Part shown: positions 37,411-51,400 of the stretch, in pieces | How the letters are laid out: each line of letters opens with the position of its first letter | Numbering within the stretch: the stretch's first letter is position 1 | Origin: Cetorhinus maximus | Lineage: Eukaryota | Direction: 5' to 3' | DNA length: 64,000 bases | Assembly (NCBI RefSeq): GCF_964194155.1 | Contig: NC_135901.1 | Location: 9,548,001-9,612,000, forward strand | The notes under the pieces: generated by a model | What the model saw: the letters and a program-made list of their open reading frames with translations, nothing else | Told to the model about the DNA's origin: nothing | The model's database searches: none | Made by a program: the position numbers and the translations under genes

Positions 37411-38147
37411 TATCCCCCTCCCTGCCCCATGCCACACACAAATGGATTATTGATTAATTTATTTCAAGTTTAATGAGAAAATGATTAGACCTACCCTGTA
37501 CCTATATCTAACCCAATGGAAATCTATCAAGTTATTGGATTTGAATAAACCCATTCGCTTGTCCTCAGCTCCACAGTGAGTGAGACAGGGAAAAGCAGAA
37601 AAGCAGCAATATTCCAGCCCCGCACTCTCCAATCGCCCGCTGCCAGCAGAAAGCGGCGACTGCAGCTTCAATCAGTGGGTTACTGCCCATCCCTGGGACG
37701 CAAGATACTCCAATCCAGGCTAAACCTCCCAATACACAAAGCACCGGCTCAGGAAAATACAGGTAGATTATATCCCAGTCACTGAAACTCCAAGCAGCAT
37801 TTATAGAATACCCGAGTGAGTGTGTCACAAATAAAAACAACTTTCTAAATATTTTCACTGCAAAATTCCTTCCTTTTATTTAAAAGTTGACTGTTGTGAA
37901 TCTGAAAATGAGCACCATGGGATTTGTGTTACCGACTGACTTGTTTTCCATTGTTTGTCCGACAGGTTTGCAACTCAGTTTGTATTGGAGATTGAAGAGA
38001 ATCTGATCTCAAAATGAGGTCACAAAGCAGGTAAATATTAAATCAAGGAACAAATCCTGAAGAAAATGGATCACAGTGTTTGGAAGGAGGTGCAGCTAAG
38101 AAAGGGAAGCTGTGAATGATTGAATGGAAAGCATCAGTCCCTTGAGC

Positions 38148-38220
38148 TTCTGGCCAGCACAGTCACTAGTGCATGAGGCCTGTAACCTCAGGTTTGTGGG
38201 TTCAAGCCCCACTTTGGGTG
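38148..38220 (+). pseudogene. tRNA-Lys(CTT)-derived pseudogene
   Basis: Ungapped ~75% match by eye to vertebrate tRNA-Lys-CTT; B-box GGTTCAAGCCC; T-run ~8 nt downstream; invariant U8, G18, G19 and U33 are lost. Confidence 0.7.
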
Positions 38221-38689
38221 TTGTTGCTTTTTTAAAAAACTTTGGTGCTTTCATGGGTGAACCCCAGCTCTCCATTCCTCCACTGTGTCACTGTGCTCCA
38301 ACTGAGTCTTTCTCCATCCTGCTTTATCTTTATCGCAGTTGCTGGTTTATGAAAGCAAACTTCCTCCACTTCACTGGATATGTGAGAGACCAGTTTGTAG
38401 GTGCGGCCTAATGTACAATGAATGATGACACTTTAAAAGTGGCAAGTTTCACTCAAGCCCCTGGACTAACAAAACTGCTCAGAGTCACCGAATTAGAATG
38501 GTCACTCCCTGGGTGACCAATAGCAGTGGACCCATGTCAAGAATGATCTGATTCATAAGATTAAGGGAGAGAAATTAGCGAACTCCAACTCAACCTTATT
38601 CACATCAAAAACAGTTGGGAAGAGGAAGCATTTCATAGGCTGGGTTTTATTTTCTTTGGAAAGCTGCTGGAATGGTTTGGCTGGGTGTG

Positions 38690-39260
38690 TCACTAGTTCT
38701 GGAACACAAGTCTTCAGAGCTTTGATCTGATACGTTGGTTGTGAGATCGCTTAGGTCTGGCTATCATAGGCTGCTTCCACTGTTTGGCAAGCAGTCCTGT
38801 ATTGTAGGTTCACCAGGTTGACATTCCGATACGGCTTGTGCTGCTCCTGACCTGCTCTCCTGCACTCTTCATTGAACCAGGCTTGATCGCCTGGTTTGAT
38901 GTAATTGTGGAGTGAGGGATATGCTGGGCCATGAGTTTACAGACTGTGGTTGAATACAATTCTGCTGCTGCTGATGGCTCGCACTGCCTCATGGGTTCCC
39001 AGTCTTGAGTTGCTTGATGTCTTCTGAATCTATCCCATTTAGCACAGTGGCAGTGCCACACAACACGATGGAGGGAATCGTCAGTGTGAAGGTGGGACGC
39101 TGACTCCACAAGGGCCTTGTGGGGTCACTCCTATCAATACTATCATGGACAGATGCATCTGTGACAGGTAGAATGGTGAGAATGAGTTCAAGGATTTTCC
39201 CTCTTGTTGGTTCCCTCACCAGTTGCCACAGCCCCAGTCTGACAGAGCTGGAGGCAGCAG
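38690..39260 (-). mobile_element. CR1/L2-group LINE internal fragment (endonuclease C-terminus/linker)
   Basis: EPTRGKILELILTILPVTDASVHDSIDRSD resembles the APE domain end PTRxxxxLDLxLT...SDH. Confidence 0.65.
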
Positions 39261-40925
39261 GCTATTAAACCCTGGAGGAACTGCCAGACCCAGGTATAAA
39301 TTGGTGTTCTTCCACTGCATGGCGTGTTGCTGTTTCGAAACACCTTCAAATCACAGTTGTATTCTGAGGACGAGGAAAGGCTATCATAGAGGAATCCACA
39401 CACTGACATTCCTCTTTCCTCCCCCTCCAATTTCACACTGACACATCTTACTCCTCCTTCCCTCTAACGTCATGCTATCACTTTCCTGCTCTCACCACGG
39501 TTCCATCTCCTGCCATTTCAGTGCCTCCACCATTACTTATTGCCTTGTTGATGTGTTTGAAGTGACTGAGTGCTTTTGCACATTATGGGAAGGAATTCCT
39601 GGACACAGTGTGGAGCTGTGTTTAATCACTTGATACAACAACAACAGGTTGCAAATGTGAGGAGCATCAAATGGTACGGAGAGGCCAGGAGCTGTGCTGA
39701 GGGTTCTGGGGGATGATGGGGAGTGGGAGTTCTTGTTGCTGGTGAGGACCAACCGGCAATTGTGCTTCATCTATGTGGACTCAACACCCATGCTCATGGC
39801 CATGAACTTTGGGACAATTTTTGCGCTTCCTTGGTTTCGATTAAAAAAAACATTTTCCCATATAAACCTAATGTGATGGTTAATGTTTCAGATGGGACTC
39901 CCTAAGAAGGAATACATCTTGCATGAATTGTACTCAATAATCAATCCCCACCCCCCAAAAAAGTGTTAAATATCAGGCTGCATGACATATTTCACATCGT
40001 TACCAGCTTTTGTAACAAAATCTGAATAGTTGGGTGGACACAGATGGGAAGTGGATTATGAAAAAGGATATTGAAGAGAACAGTGATTGAAATCAGAAGT
40101 GAGAAATAACAATGGGGTCAGATGAATGCTGGAGCTGTAGAAAAAAATTGAGAAACAAGAAACACTGGTTATTAAGGCTTTTGAATAAATTAGCCTGGGA
40201 GACAATCAGCTTCAAGACATTTGATTAAAGTAAATGTATGTGATAGAACAAATATGAAATGCGCAGCTATTCCCTATGTGTTATATTCACAGCAGATCTA
40301 CCAAAGCACAGATCATACTGAGCCAGATTATCTGCTGTTTTACAACCATAGGAATGTTATACAATGTGATGAACCATTTAACAGAGCCATGGATTTATGT
40401 TGCTAAAATGTGTGCGTTTCCATTTTTATTGTATGGAAATTGTGTTTTTGTCTTTAATTTGGTCCCAAAAACACTGCTACAATTTCACCCATGTTAAGCA
40501 TCTTGGGATGTTTTATTAAAGTAAAGGTGTTCTATAAATGCAGATTTTTGTTGTTGTTGACTGTGAGGAGTGATTCCTTTGCCATTTGAGATGGAAACTC
40601 TTGCGTAGTCGCACCAGGGGGAGGATTTTCAGAGCTGACAGGATATGGCAGCATAGCCACATTGTGACAGACCATTTGGATAATTTACACGTGTGAAAGG
40701 ATTGACTGAATTTTCCCACCTGGTAGAGAGAGGCTTTTTAAATGTTGTGTTTGTGGGCTGCGATTCAGTTGTTCTTCCCGCCTGCTGGGGCACTAGTAAG
40801 TTCATATGTGACTGTAGGAGTTGGATTCTGCTGTTATTGCTGCTCTTTGGAGATTCTCTATTTTCCGCTAAATCACATTCTCCTTCTTTCTGCTGGATAA
40901 TGGAGGGTCCGCGCAATTGGGTTTC

Positions 40926-42205
40926 AGAATCACAGAATCACACAGTGCAGAAGAGGCCCTTCGGCCCATCGAGTCTGCACCGACACATGAGAAACACCTG
41001 ACCTACCTACCTAATCCCATTTACCAGCACTTGGCCCATAGCCTTGAATGTTATGATGTGCCAAGTGCTCATCCAGGTACTTTTTAAAGGATGTGAGGCA
41101 ACCTCCACCACCCTCCCAGGCAGCGCATTCCAGCGTCACCACTCTCTGGGAAAAAATATTCTTCCTCATATCCCCCCTAAACCTCCTGCCCCTCACCTTG
41201 AACTCATGCCCCCTTGTGACTGACCCTTCAACTAAGGGGAACAGCTGCTCCCTATCCACCCTGTCCATGTCCCTCATAATCTTGTACACCTTGATCAGGT
41301 CACCCCTCAGTCTTTTCTGCTCCAACAAAAACAACTCAAGTCTATCCAACCTCTCTTCATAACTTAAATGTTTCATCCCAGGGCAATATCCTGGTGAATC
41401 TCCTCTGCACCCCCTCCAGTGCAATTACATCCTTCCTATAATGTGGCAACCAAAACTGCACACAGTACTCCAGCTGTGGCCTGACCAAGGTTCTCTACAA
41501 CTCCAACATGATCTCCCTACTTTTGTAACCTATGCCTCGATTGATAAAGGCAAGTGTCCCAAATGCCTTTTTCACCACCCCACTAACATGCCCCGTCGCC
41601 TTCAGAAATCTATGGACACACACGTCAAGGTCCCTTTGTTCTTCAGAACTTCCAATGTCATGCTGTTCATTGAATACTTCCTTGTCAAATTACTCCTTCT
41701 AAAGTGTATCACCTCACACTTTTCAGGGTTAAATTCCATCTGCCACTTATCTGCCCATTTGACCATCCCGTCTATTTCTTCCTGTAGCCCAAGACACTCA
41801 ACCTCACTGTTAACCACCCGGCCAATCTTTGTGTCATCCGCAAACTTACTAATCCTACCCCCTACATAGTCATCCATGTCGTTTATATAAATGATGAATA
41901 ATAGTGGACCAAGCACAGATCCCTGTGGTATGCCACTGGACACTGGCTTCCAGTCACTAAAGCATCCTTCTGTCATCACCCTCTGCCTTCTACAAGCCAA
42001 AACCATGTCAAAGGCTTTGCTGAAATCCATATAAACTACATCAACTGCACTACCCTGATCTGCACACCTGGTCACCTCTTCAAAAAATTCAATCAAATTT
42101 GTTAGGTATGACCTCCCTCTGACAAAGCTATGCTGACTATCCCTGATCAAACCTTGCCTCTCCAAGTGGAGTTAGATTCTCTCCTTCAGAGTTTTCTCCA
42201 AAAAT
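40926..42205 (-). mobile_element. CR1 LINE, 5'-truncated, relatively young
   Basis: SGIPQGSVLGPLLFIIYINDMD...KFADDTK; (ATTCTGTG)n tail; absent from the paralogous block at ~52150-52330. Confidence 0.9.
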
Positions 42206-42317
42206 TTCAATATAATATAACGATTTAATTTGTTTCCTAAGTTTATTATTTGATCCTCCTGCCCCAGTCTCCGTACCACACCAGGAAAACAAATCGCGAT
42301 ACAATAATTTGTACTTT

Positions 42318-42720
42318 CAATGGCGAGGCCTTCACCCATCATCCCCCACGGTGGGGAATATCCCCGATCCACATCACAGGAAAGCAGTGCGCAGGCGCAG
42401 TGGGGAAAAACATTGGAGCATGCGCGGAGCGGGTAATGGCGATGGAAAGAGGTTGTTTGTTGGATCCGGATCGGTAAGGGTGAAAGTAAGGGGACGGAGG
42501 AATCGATGGATCCGGTGGGTAGGCGTAAAGGTTTCGTAAACATGTTGCGTAATCCGAAAAAGAATTTAGCGTTCTCACTTTTGCACGGAGCCAGGTCGGC
42601 AGTTTTCTTCCGATTGCAGCCCCGGGGTAACGGTCGCCATCTTTATTGTGGGCAATGCGCAGCAGGGCGCATGCGCGACTGCCATCTTTATTGTGGGCAT
42701 TTTTTGAAATGTTCCCAATG
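42318..42720 (+). promoter_or_regulatory. CpG-island promoter of ZNF-C
   Basis: Shared module plus tandem GCCATCTTTATTGTGGGCA...GCGCATGCGC units. Confidence 0.7.
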
Positions 42721-42779
42721 ACTGAATGAGGACAAATGTCTATCAAGCTGCTTCACACTTTGAGTTACAATGTGTAATT

Positions 42780-43600
42780 GATGAGGGAAATCAACGATAT
42801 ATGTCCAAGGCAGTGACAATAATAAAATTTTCCAAGGCATTTCACAGAAATATTACAAAGTAACGTTTGACACTGAGCCAGATGAGCCATATTAGGGCAG
42901 GTGACCAAAGGTTTGTCAAAGAGGTAGGTTTTAAGGAGTATTTTAAAGAAGAAGAGTGAGGCATAAAGCTGTGGCCTAGGCAACTGAAGGAACAGTCACT
43001 GATGGTGGAGCGATTAAAATCGGGAATGCTCAAGTGGCTGGAATTAGATCAGTGTAGAGATCCTGGCGAGGGGGCGGCGAGGGCTGTGGCTGGAGGAGAA
43101 TACAGAGATTGGGATCATCACAACCATGGAGGAAAACATGAGAATTTTAAAGTTTTGGTGCTTTTAAAATGAGAGCCTTTGTCAGTCAGTGAGCACAGGG
43201 GTGATGTGTGAACAAGACTGAGTGTGAGTAAGCACACGAGTAGCAGAGTTTTGGATGACCTCAAGATTCTGGGGGTGGGAGGATGGAGTTGAATGTTGTA
43301 GGCCAGTTGGGTATGCATTAGGATAATTTAGACTACAGGTAACAAATGAATGGATGACGTTTTCAACAGCAGATAAACTGAGACTAGGGGGGAGTCGGGT
43401 GATGTTACTGAGGCGGAAATAGGTGGTCTTGGTGTTGATGCGGATATGTGGCTGTAAGCTCATCTCGCAATTGTAAACAGTGTGATTCAGCCTCAGGCAG
43501 TTGCCAAGTAGAGGGGGAGAGTCAGTGGTTAGGGAGTGGAATTTGTAGTATGCACTGAAGGTAAATAATGTGAGCATTGGTGGTTCAGCCAGCATTTATT
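42780..43600 (-). mobile_element. L2 LINE 3' fragment
   Basis: IHSFVTCSLNYPN...LEVIQNSATRVLT...HITPVL. Confidence 0.75.
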
Positions 43601-44458
43601 GCCTATCCCTAATTGCCCTTGAGAAGGTGGTGGTGAGCTGCCTTCTTGAACCACTGCAGTCCATGTGGTGTAGGTACACCCACAGTGCTGTTAAGAAGGG
43701 AGTTCCAGGATTTTGACCCAGTGGCAGGGAAGGAATATTTAAATGGAGGAGATTTCTGCTCATCCAGTGCTGGATGTCAGACAAATCTGCACGGTGTGTG
43801 ACTCGGACTTTTTAAAATTCATTTATGGAAGTTGCAGGCTGGGCCAGCATTTATTACCCATCCCTAATTGCCCTTGAGAAAGTGGGAGTGAGCCACCTTC
43901 TTGAACCACTGCAGTACCTGGAGGGAAGCTTGGAGGTGATGGTGTTCACATACACCTGCTCCCCTCGTCCTTTTAGTTCGTGGAGGTTGAGGATTTGGGA
44001 GATTCTGTCAAAGTTCTAGTTGAGCTGTAGATATATAAAATCCCTCCCTTTCACCCTCTGCCTCCCCTTTTTCTTGCTACCCCTCTCACCCTTTCTCTTT
44101 CTCCCTCTTCCCCCCCCATAGAGGCCAGAGACTTGTGTAGGCCCAGTCTTGATGGCAGGTTCCCTTCCCTGAAAGACATCAGTGAAAAAGTTGGGTTGTT
44201 ATGACAATCCAGCAGATTTCATGGTCACTTTTGCTAGTGTCAGCTCCACAAATGACCAGATTCATTTAGCTCAATTTCACAACCTGCCTTTGTGTTTTTG
44301 TGGGTTCTCTCTCACTCCCATTTTTTCTGTTTTAAATCAACTTCACAGAGTATTAGAGGGGGAGGATTTGCACTTTGGGAAACTCAAAGCAAATATCACA
44401 TCAGGATCTGATGGAGTCGCTCAATTTATCGTAACCTGAATGTCATCAGATTTTGAAC

Positions 44459-45472
44459 ATGGAAGGAAAAAGCACCGTTTACAGTGGGGAGAAACTGTGG
44501 AAATGTGGGGAATGTGAGGAGAGGTTCAGTTACCCGTCTGAGCTGGAAGCTCATCGACGCATTCACATTGGGGAGAGGCCGTTCACCTGCTTCGAATGTG
44601 GAAAGGGATTCACTCGGCTATCCGACCTGTTAACACACCAGCAAATTCACACTGGGGAGAGGCCATTCACCTGCTCTGAGTGTGGGAAGGGATTCATTCA
44701 GTCATCCAACCTGCTGACACACCAGCGGGTTCACACTGGGGAGAGACCTTTCAAATGTCCAGACTGTGGGAAATGCTATAGAAGTTCTGGGGACTTGATG
44801 TACCATCAACGTGTTCACACTGATGAGAGACCGTTCAGGTGCTCTCACTGTGGGACTGGGTTCAGGGGATCGTTTCAACTCACTGTACACCAGCGAATTC
44901 ACACTGGTGAGAGGCCATTCACCTGCTATGTGTGTGGGAAGAGATTCACTCAATTGTCCCATGTGCTGAGACATGAGAGAGTTCATACTGGGGAGAGACC
45001 TTTTAAATGTCCAGACTGTGAGAAGTGCTATAAAAGCTCTGGGGAACTGATGTCCCATCAATGTGTTCACACTGATGAGAGACCATTCAGGTGCTCTCAC
45101 TGCGGGACTGGGTTCATTCGATCGTCTGAACTAACCGCACACCAGCGAATTCACACTGGTGAGAGACCGTTCAAGTGCTCCTCCTGTGGGACTGGGTTCA
45201 AGCACTCATCTCAACTCACTGTACACCGGCGGATTCACACTGGACAGAGACCGTTCACCTGCTCTGAGTGTGGGAAGGGATTTGTTCAGTCAACCACCCT
45301 GCTGAATCACCAGCGAGTTCACACTGGGGAGAGGCCGTTCACCTGTTCCGAGTGTGGGAAGAAATTCACCCGGTCATCCCACCTGGTGAATCACCAGCGA
45401 GTTCACATGGGGAGAGGCTGTTCACCTGCTCCGAGTGTGGGAGCGGATTCACTTGGTGATCCACCCTGCTGA
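44459..45472 (+). CDS. ZNF-C: C2H2 array, 11 fingers; 12th finger lost to a frameshift
   Basis: [16 protein letters not shown]...; CACATGGGG replaces CACACTGGGG near 45405; acceptor ends at 44348. Confidence 0.85.
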   Translation: MEGKSTVYSGEKLWKCGECEERFSYPSELEAHRRIHIGERPFTCFECGKGFTRLSDLLTHQQIHTGERPFTCSECGKGFIQSSNLLTHQRVHTGERPFKCPDCGKCYRSSGDLMYHQRVHTDERPFRCSHCGTGFRGSFQLTVHQRIHTGERPFTCYVCGKRFTQLSHVLRHERVHTGERPFKCPDCEKCYKSSGELMSHQCVHTDERPFRCSHCGTGFIRSSELTAHQRIHTGERPFKCSSCGTGFKHSSQLTVHRRIHTGQRPFTCSECGKGFVQSTTLLNHQRVHTGERPFTCSECGKKFTRSSHLVNHQRVHMGRGCSPAPSVGADSLGDPPC

Positions 45473-45714
45473 GATGCTAGCGAGTTCATGAGTAACTACA
45501 ATGATTGGATTTTTCTGTTAATCACATTCAGGACTGAACTCTGTTAATTTGAATCTGTTTCTGTGGATGTTAATAAATTCCAGCCCAGTAATGGGCATTA
45601 ACATTTTGGATAAATGTCAAATAAATCAGCTTTGTGTTAAACACACAGTGTGTTGAGTCTTTTTAATATCTCCAACACAAGTTAGTTCCTTCTGAATTAC
45701 TCTCCATCTCCCCA

Positions 45715-47660
45715 CCTCTAGTACCCTCAGCTCCAACAAGTGTGAGGAGCTCATGGAGCTTCATTATCACTAAGATTGAGACAATCTGATCAGCTGCCTC
45801 TGCTACTTCCTTTCCTTCCACTAAAACACTGGACAAAACTGTCTCTAAAGTTCTCCCTTGTCTGAGCCCTGAACTCTCATCTTTTTTTAATTTCTCTCCA
45901 ATCTCCTCTCATGCCCTCTCAGGTCTAATCTTGTCCATGAGAGCTATTTCCTCTTCCCTGAACCTTATTCCCACTGAACTACTGACTGCCCAAACACCCC
46001 ACCTTACCAGATATTGTTACTGGTTCTCTCTCATCAGGTGATTTCCTACTTTCCTTTAAATCTGCTGTCATCACCCCCATCCTCAAAGAACACAACTCCA
46101 TTGTCCTTGCAAACTACTGCCCCATCTCCCACCTCCCCGAAGTCTGAGAACATTTTGTCGCCTCCCAAATCCATTCCCATCTTTCCTGGAATTCCACGTT
46201 TCAATCCCTCCCAGCAGATTCCTGCCCCTCGATCACAGTAACCAACCAGCTCTTATCAAAGTCACAAAACATATCCCATGTAACTGACAGAGATAAGCTA
46301 TTCCTCCTTGTCCTTCTTGGTCTGTTTGCAGCCTTGGACATGGTTTACCACACAATCCTCCTTCGCCAAATCCCATTCACCTATCACCTCTGGTCTCACT
46401 GACCTACATTGGCTCCTGATCAAGCAGCATCTCTTCACTGTTGTCCAGCTGGTGGGACTGCTCTCTCCTGGTTCGTTGCTTATCTATTGGCAGCCAGAGT
46501 ACTGCCCACAATGTTTCTCTTCTCTCTCCCACACAGTTACCTCTGGTATTCCTGAGGATCTATCATTGGCCTGTCCTATTTCAATCTACATGCTGCCCCT
46601 GAAGGATGTCATCTGAAAAAAGTGTTTGATTTCACATTATGCAGATTACTCCACCATCTCTCTTGACTCCTCCACTGTTACTAAATGATCAGACTGCTTA
46701 TCCATCATCTTGTACTGGACCTTCAGAAATTTCCTACAATTGAATGTTGAAAAGGCTGATGACATTGTTTATGGTCCCCTGCTCCAAATTCCATTCCCAA
46801 CCTACTGACCAACCTCCATTCCCAACCTTCTCCCTGGCAACTGTCTGAGACTAAACCAGACTTTTCACAGCTTTGATTCAGATCTGACCCTGAGATTAGC
46901 AACTGACCACAGATTTGCTCCATCACTAATACCACCTCCTTCCACCTCTGTAACATCACCCGGCTCCACCCCTGCCACAGGTCATTTAAAACCTCACCCC
47001 ATCCTTTTGTTACTTCAAGACTGAACTATTCCAACATACTCCTGGCCGGCCCCCCATGCTTTTTTTATCCTTTAATAGGATGTGACGTCGCTGGTTAGGC
47101 CAGCATTTATTGGTGAGCTGTGTTCCTGAACGGCTGCAGCCCATGTGGTGTAGGTACACCCACAGTGCTGTTAGGTTGGGAGTTCCAGGATCTTGACCCA
47201 GCGACAGTGAAGGAACGGCAATATATTTCCAAGTCAGACTGGCGAGTGGCTTAGAGGCGAACTTCTAGGTGGTGGTGTTCCCATCTATCTGCTGCCCTTG
47301 TCCTTCTGGATGGTAATGGATCAGAAAACTCAAGGTCATCCAAAACTTTGTTACCTATGTCCTAACAGACCAAATCCCATTCACCTATCACCCCCATTCT
47401 CACTGCATGCATTAGCTCCTGGTGTAGCAGCACATTGATTTTAAAATGATCATCCTTGTTTTCAATCAGTGCTTCACCTCGTCAGTCCCTCCCTTTGTAA
47501 CCTCCCTCACCCACCTCCCTCCTTATGCTACTGCTTAAAATTGAACTTTTTAATCATTATTTTGGCCGCCTGTCCTAATTTCTCTGTATGTGGCTCTGCC
47601 AAATTTCATTTGATAATTCTCCTTTGGAGAATTCTCATCTGGTAAATGTGCTAAATGAAG
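45715..47660 (+). mobile_element. Decayed L2 LINE with a nested LINE tail (47070-47320 -)
   Basis: L2-like motifs (SAVITPILK-like, LANYCPIS, LKVIQNF, PITPIL) with frameshifts. Confidence 0.65.
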
Positions 47661-47674
47661 GCAAGTTGTTGGGT

Positions 47675-48145
47675 GTGATTAACAACAGTAATAACACCAG
47701 AATCCAACTCCTGCAGTCACATGTGAGCTCACTGTGTATCAGCATTAGGGTGACTGACTGAATCCCTTCCAGCGCAAAGAGCGGGGAAACAGTCTCTCCC
47801 TGCTGTGACTGCACTGATGACTTTCAAGGCTCAGATGGGTAATTGAATCCTTTCCACAGTCCAGATATTTCCATGGTTTCTCCATGGTGTAGGTATCCTT
47901 TTGTCCCTCCAGGTTCAATGGTCAGTTGAAGCCTCATTCACACACGAAACATGTACGGTTTCTCCCATTGTGAATCTGCAAATCCTCCGTTTCTCATACC
48001 CTGTAAAAGGAGTTTAGAAACGTAATCACTGTATGTATAGGATAGACATTCTAGTTTCTATGGAACAATTTTTCCTCTTTTGTTAACCCAAAGCTGTAAA
48101 TCCCCATCCCAAACTGTCCCTCCTTCCTGGGCTGAAATCCAAACT
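47675..48145 (-). pseudogene. Decayed ZNF cassette
   Basis: Shared acceptor TTTTACAG/GGTATGAGAAA, ACCATGGAGAAACCATGGAAA (MEKPWK) and the shared 3' motif; most fingers are deleted. Confidence 0.7.
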
Positions 48146-48189
48146 CGGTTCCCCATGTTCCCTGCGTAAAAGTCAGATGGACACTTTGA

Positions 48190-49100
48190 TCGGACGTACT
48201 TTGTACAATTTTGGTCTCAATACTTAAGGAAGGACTTACTTGCACTGGAAGCAGTTCAGAGAATGTTGACAAGGCTGAATCCTGGGATGAAGGGGTTTGT
48301 CTTCTGAGGAAGGGATTAATAGGTTGGATCTGAATCCATTGGAGTTGAGAAGAATGAGAGATTATCTTAATGAAACATAGAAGATACTGATAGGGGCTTG
48401 ATAGGGTGGATGCTGAGAGGATGTTTCCCCTCTTGGGGGAATCTAGAACTAGGGGGCACAGATTCAAAATAAGGGGGCTCACATTGAAGGCTGAGATGAG
48501 GTGGAATTTCTTCCCTCACAGGATAATGAATCATTGCAATTCTCTTCCCCAGAGAGCAGTGGAGGCTGGGTCATTGAATATATTCACGGTTGTGTTAGAC
48601 AGATGTTTGATCTACCAAGGAGTCCAGGGTTATGGGGGGATAGGCAGGAAAGTGGAGTTGAGGCGACAGTCAGATCAGCCCTGATCTTATTGACTGGCAG
48701 AGCAGGCTCTGTGGGGCCAAATGGCCTACACCTATGTTCTTTTAATCCCGGTATCCAAGGACAGAGAATCATGAACAATATCAGTGAACATGGGCAAGTT
48801 AGGTGATCAGCAGTTTAGTGGGAATAGGATCGAGAGAGAAGGCAGGTCTCAGGGGCAAGATGAGCTCTGAGAGCAAGAGGTGACATAAGGGAATAAATAG
48901 AGAAAGATGTGATTTTAGGGCTCAGACAAGGGGCAACTTTACAGGCATTTTGGTCTGGTGAACGAGTGGGAGGGAGGGAAGTGGCGGTGGGAGCTGATCG
49001 GATTGTCTCAATCTTAGTGACAAAGAAGCTCCATGACCTCCACCCACTTGTTGTTGGAGGTGAGGATGGAGGGGGCAGGGGTGAGAGACAGCACTTCAAA
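48190..49100. mobile_element. CR1 3' fragment (48190-48740 +) and L2 fragment (48790-49100 -)
   Basis: DAERMFPLLGESRTRGHRFKI and FFVTKIETIRS. Confidence 0.75.
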
Positions 49101-49275
49101 AAGAACCAACTTACGTTAGTTATTAAAAAGAACCGAATTTAATACAAAGCTGATTTATTTGACTTTTGTCCTGAATATTCACCACCATAACTGGGCTAGA
49201 GTTTGACATCAGCAAAAACAGACCCCATGAACATGGATCTGGGATGTGATTAACAGTAAAATCCAATAACTGTGG

Positions 49276-50145
49276 TTACTTGTGAACTTGCTGGTGTCTC
49301 AGCAGAGTGGATGACCGACCAAATCTCTTCCCACACATGGAGCACGTGAACGGCCTCTCCCCAGTGTGAACTTGCTGGTGTCTCAGAAGGGTGCATGCAT
49401 GATTGAATCTCCTCCCACACTCGGAGCATGAGAACCGCCTGTCTCCAGTATGTGTGCGCTGGTGTACAATGAGATGAGATGATTCCTTGAACCCAGTCCC
49501 GCAGTGAGAGCACCTGAACGGTCTGTCCCCAGTGTGAACACGCTGATGGCACATCAGTTCCACGGAACCCTTATAGCACTTCCCACAGTCTGGGCATTTA
49601 AAAGGTCTCTCCTCGGTGTGAACTCGCTCATGTCTCAGCACATGGGATGACTGAGCAAATCCCTTCCCACACTTGGAGCAGGTGAAAGGTCTCTCCCCAG
49701 TGTGAAATCGCTGATGTATCAACAAGTTGGATGAATCACTGAATCCCTTCCCACATACAGAGCAGGTGAACGGCCTCTCCCCAGTGTGAGTACGCTTGTG
49801 TGTCAGCAGATGGGTTGACTGAGTGAATCCCTTCCCACACACGGAGCAGCTGAACGGCCTCTCTCCAGTGTGAACTCGATGGTGAGTCAGCAGGTGGGAT
49901 GAGGTGGTGAATCCCTTCCCACATTCAGAGCAGGTGAACGGCCTCTCCCCAGTGTGAATACGCCGATGTGTTTCCAGGTCAGATGGGCAATTGAATCCCT
50001 TCCCACAGTCCCCACATTTCCACGGCTTCTCCCTATTGTAACTGCATTTATGTTTTGACAGGTCAGATGATCGATTGAAGCCTCGTCCACAAACAGAACA
50101 TGTGTACGGTTTCTCTCCACTGTGAACAGTGCTTTTTCCTTCCAT
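49276..50145 (-). CDS. ZNF-D: C2H2 array, 9 intact fingers plus 1 degenerate; close paralog of ZNF-C
   Basis: [16 protein letters not shown]...; shares CPDCGKCY and CSHCGTGF fingers with ZNF-C; terminal exon starts at 50254. Confidence 0.9.
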   Translation of the reverse strand: MEGKSTVHSGEKPYTCSVCGRGFNRSSDLSKHKCSYNREKPWKCGDCGKGFNCPSDLETHRRIHTGERPFTCSECGKGFTTSSHLLTHHRVHTGERPFSCSVCGKGFTQSTHLLTHKRTHTGERPFTCSVCGKGFSDSSNLLIHQRFHTGERPFTCSKCGKGFAQSSHVLRHERVHTEERPFKCPDCGKCYKGSVELMCHQRVHTGDRPFRCSHCGTGFKESSHLIVHQRTHTGDRRFSCSECGRRFNHACTLLRHQQVHTGERPFTCSMCGKRFGRSSTLLRHQQVHK

Positions 50146-50769
50146 GTCCAAATTCTGATGATATTCAGGTTACGATTAATTTGGTGACTCCATCAGATTC
50201 TGATGTGATGTTTGGTTTGAGTTTCCCGACTGCAAATTCTAACCTTCTAATACCCTGTGAAATTGATTTAAAAGAAAAAAAAAAGAGAGAGAATCCACAA
50301 AAACACAAAGGTAGGTTGTGAAAGTAAAGTCTGCAGAAGTGCCAGTAAAATGTTAAACAAGGTCAAAATACACCCATTATTAGAGGCAGAGGAAGTTAGA
50401 CAATAGCAGAGAGATTATCAGAGAGAACAGTGGTGAAACAGAGCAATGGATGGACATGGGTTCCGATCCACAGCAAAGGAGCCACACCAGCCCCAGAGCC
50501 ATGGACCCTCTCACAGATAACAAAGCATAGAACTAAAAGCTCTAAGTTGTGGATCAATGCTCAAAAATACTCACCTCTGAAACAATTTCAGCTTTTAATG
50601 TTAATGTCTCCTGCTGGAGCCGGCAGCTGGAAAGATATCAGAAGCCCTGGAGTCAGAGAAAAATCTCCCAGTGGAGGAAATACCCGGGGAGCGGGGTAAT
50701 GTCACCGCACAATTGTCGGTGTGTGATGACATCACAGACACGAACACAGAACATCTGGGTCTGTGCAAA

Positions 50770-51110
50770 CCAGTGGTCACCACACATTATGAAGGATGTG
50801 AGGGTCCTTGAGAGGGTGCAGAGGAGATTTACCAGAATGATTCCAGGGATGAGGGATTTTAGTTGCAATGTTGGGTTGGAGAAACTGGGGTTGTTCTCCT
50901 GGGAGCAAAGGAGATTGAGAGGAGATTTTATAGAGGTGTACAAGTTTATGATTGTTTAGATAATTTAGATAAAGAAAAGCTGTTCCCATTATTTGAATGG
51001 AGGTAAAAGGATTACAGGAAATAGATTTAAGATTCATGGGCAAGATCTACAGGAAGATGTGACAAAGAAAGTTTATACAGCAAGTGGTAATGATCTGGAA
51101 TTCAATGCTT
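50770..51110 (+). mobile_element. CR1 fragment
   Basis: WSPHIMKDVRVLERVQRRFTRMIPG. Confidence 0.75.
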
Positions 51111-51400
51111 ACACTCAAAGGCCAATAACATCCAGGTCCTGATGAATCAAGTGATGCTGTCAGATTGTGATGTGATGTTTGATTTGAGTTTCCTTTCTGC
51201 AAAACCTCTTCTAGTACCCTGTAAAAGATGTTTACAAAAACCATCAGTATCTGTCAAGGATAGAAATTGAAAAGAGACAAACATTTCTCTTGATTTGAGT
51301 TTGCTGCATGTAAATCCTCCCCTTCTAACCCCCCTGTTAAAGAGGTTTCCAAAAGCCATCACTGTCAGGCCAGGATAGAAATTCACAACATTCTCTCCCC
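51100..51400 (-). pseudogene. Two partial copies of the ZNF acceptor/linker segment
   Basis: YRVLEEVLQKGNSNQTSHHNLTASLDSSGP; no fingers follow. Confidence 0.6.
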
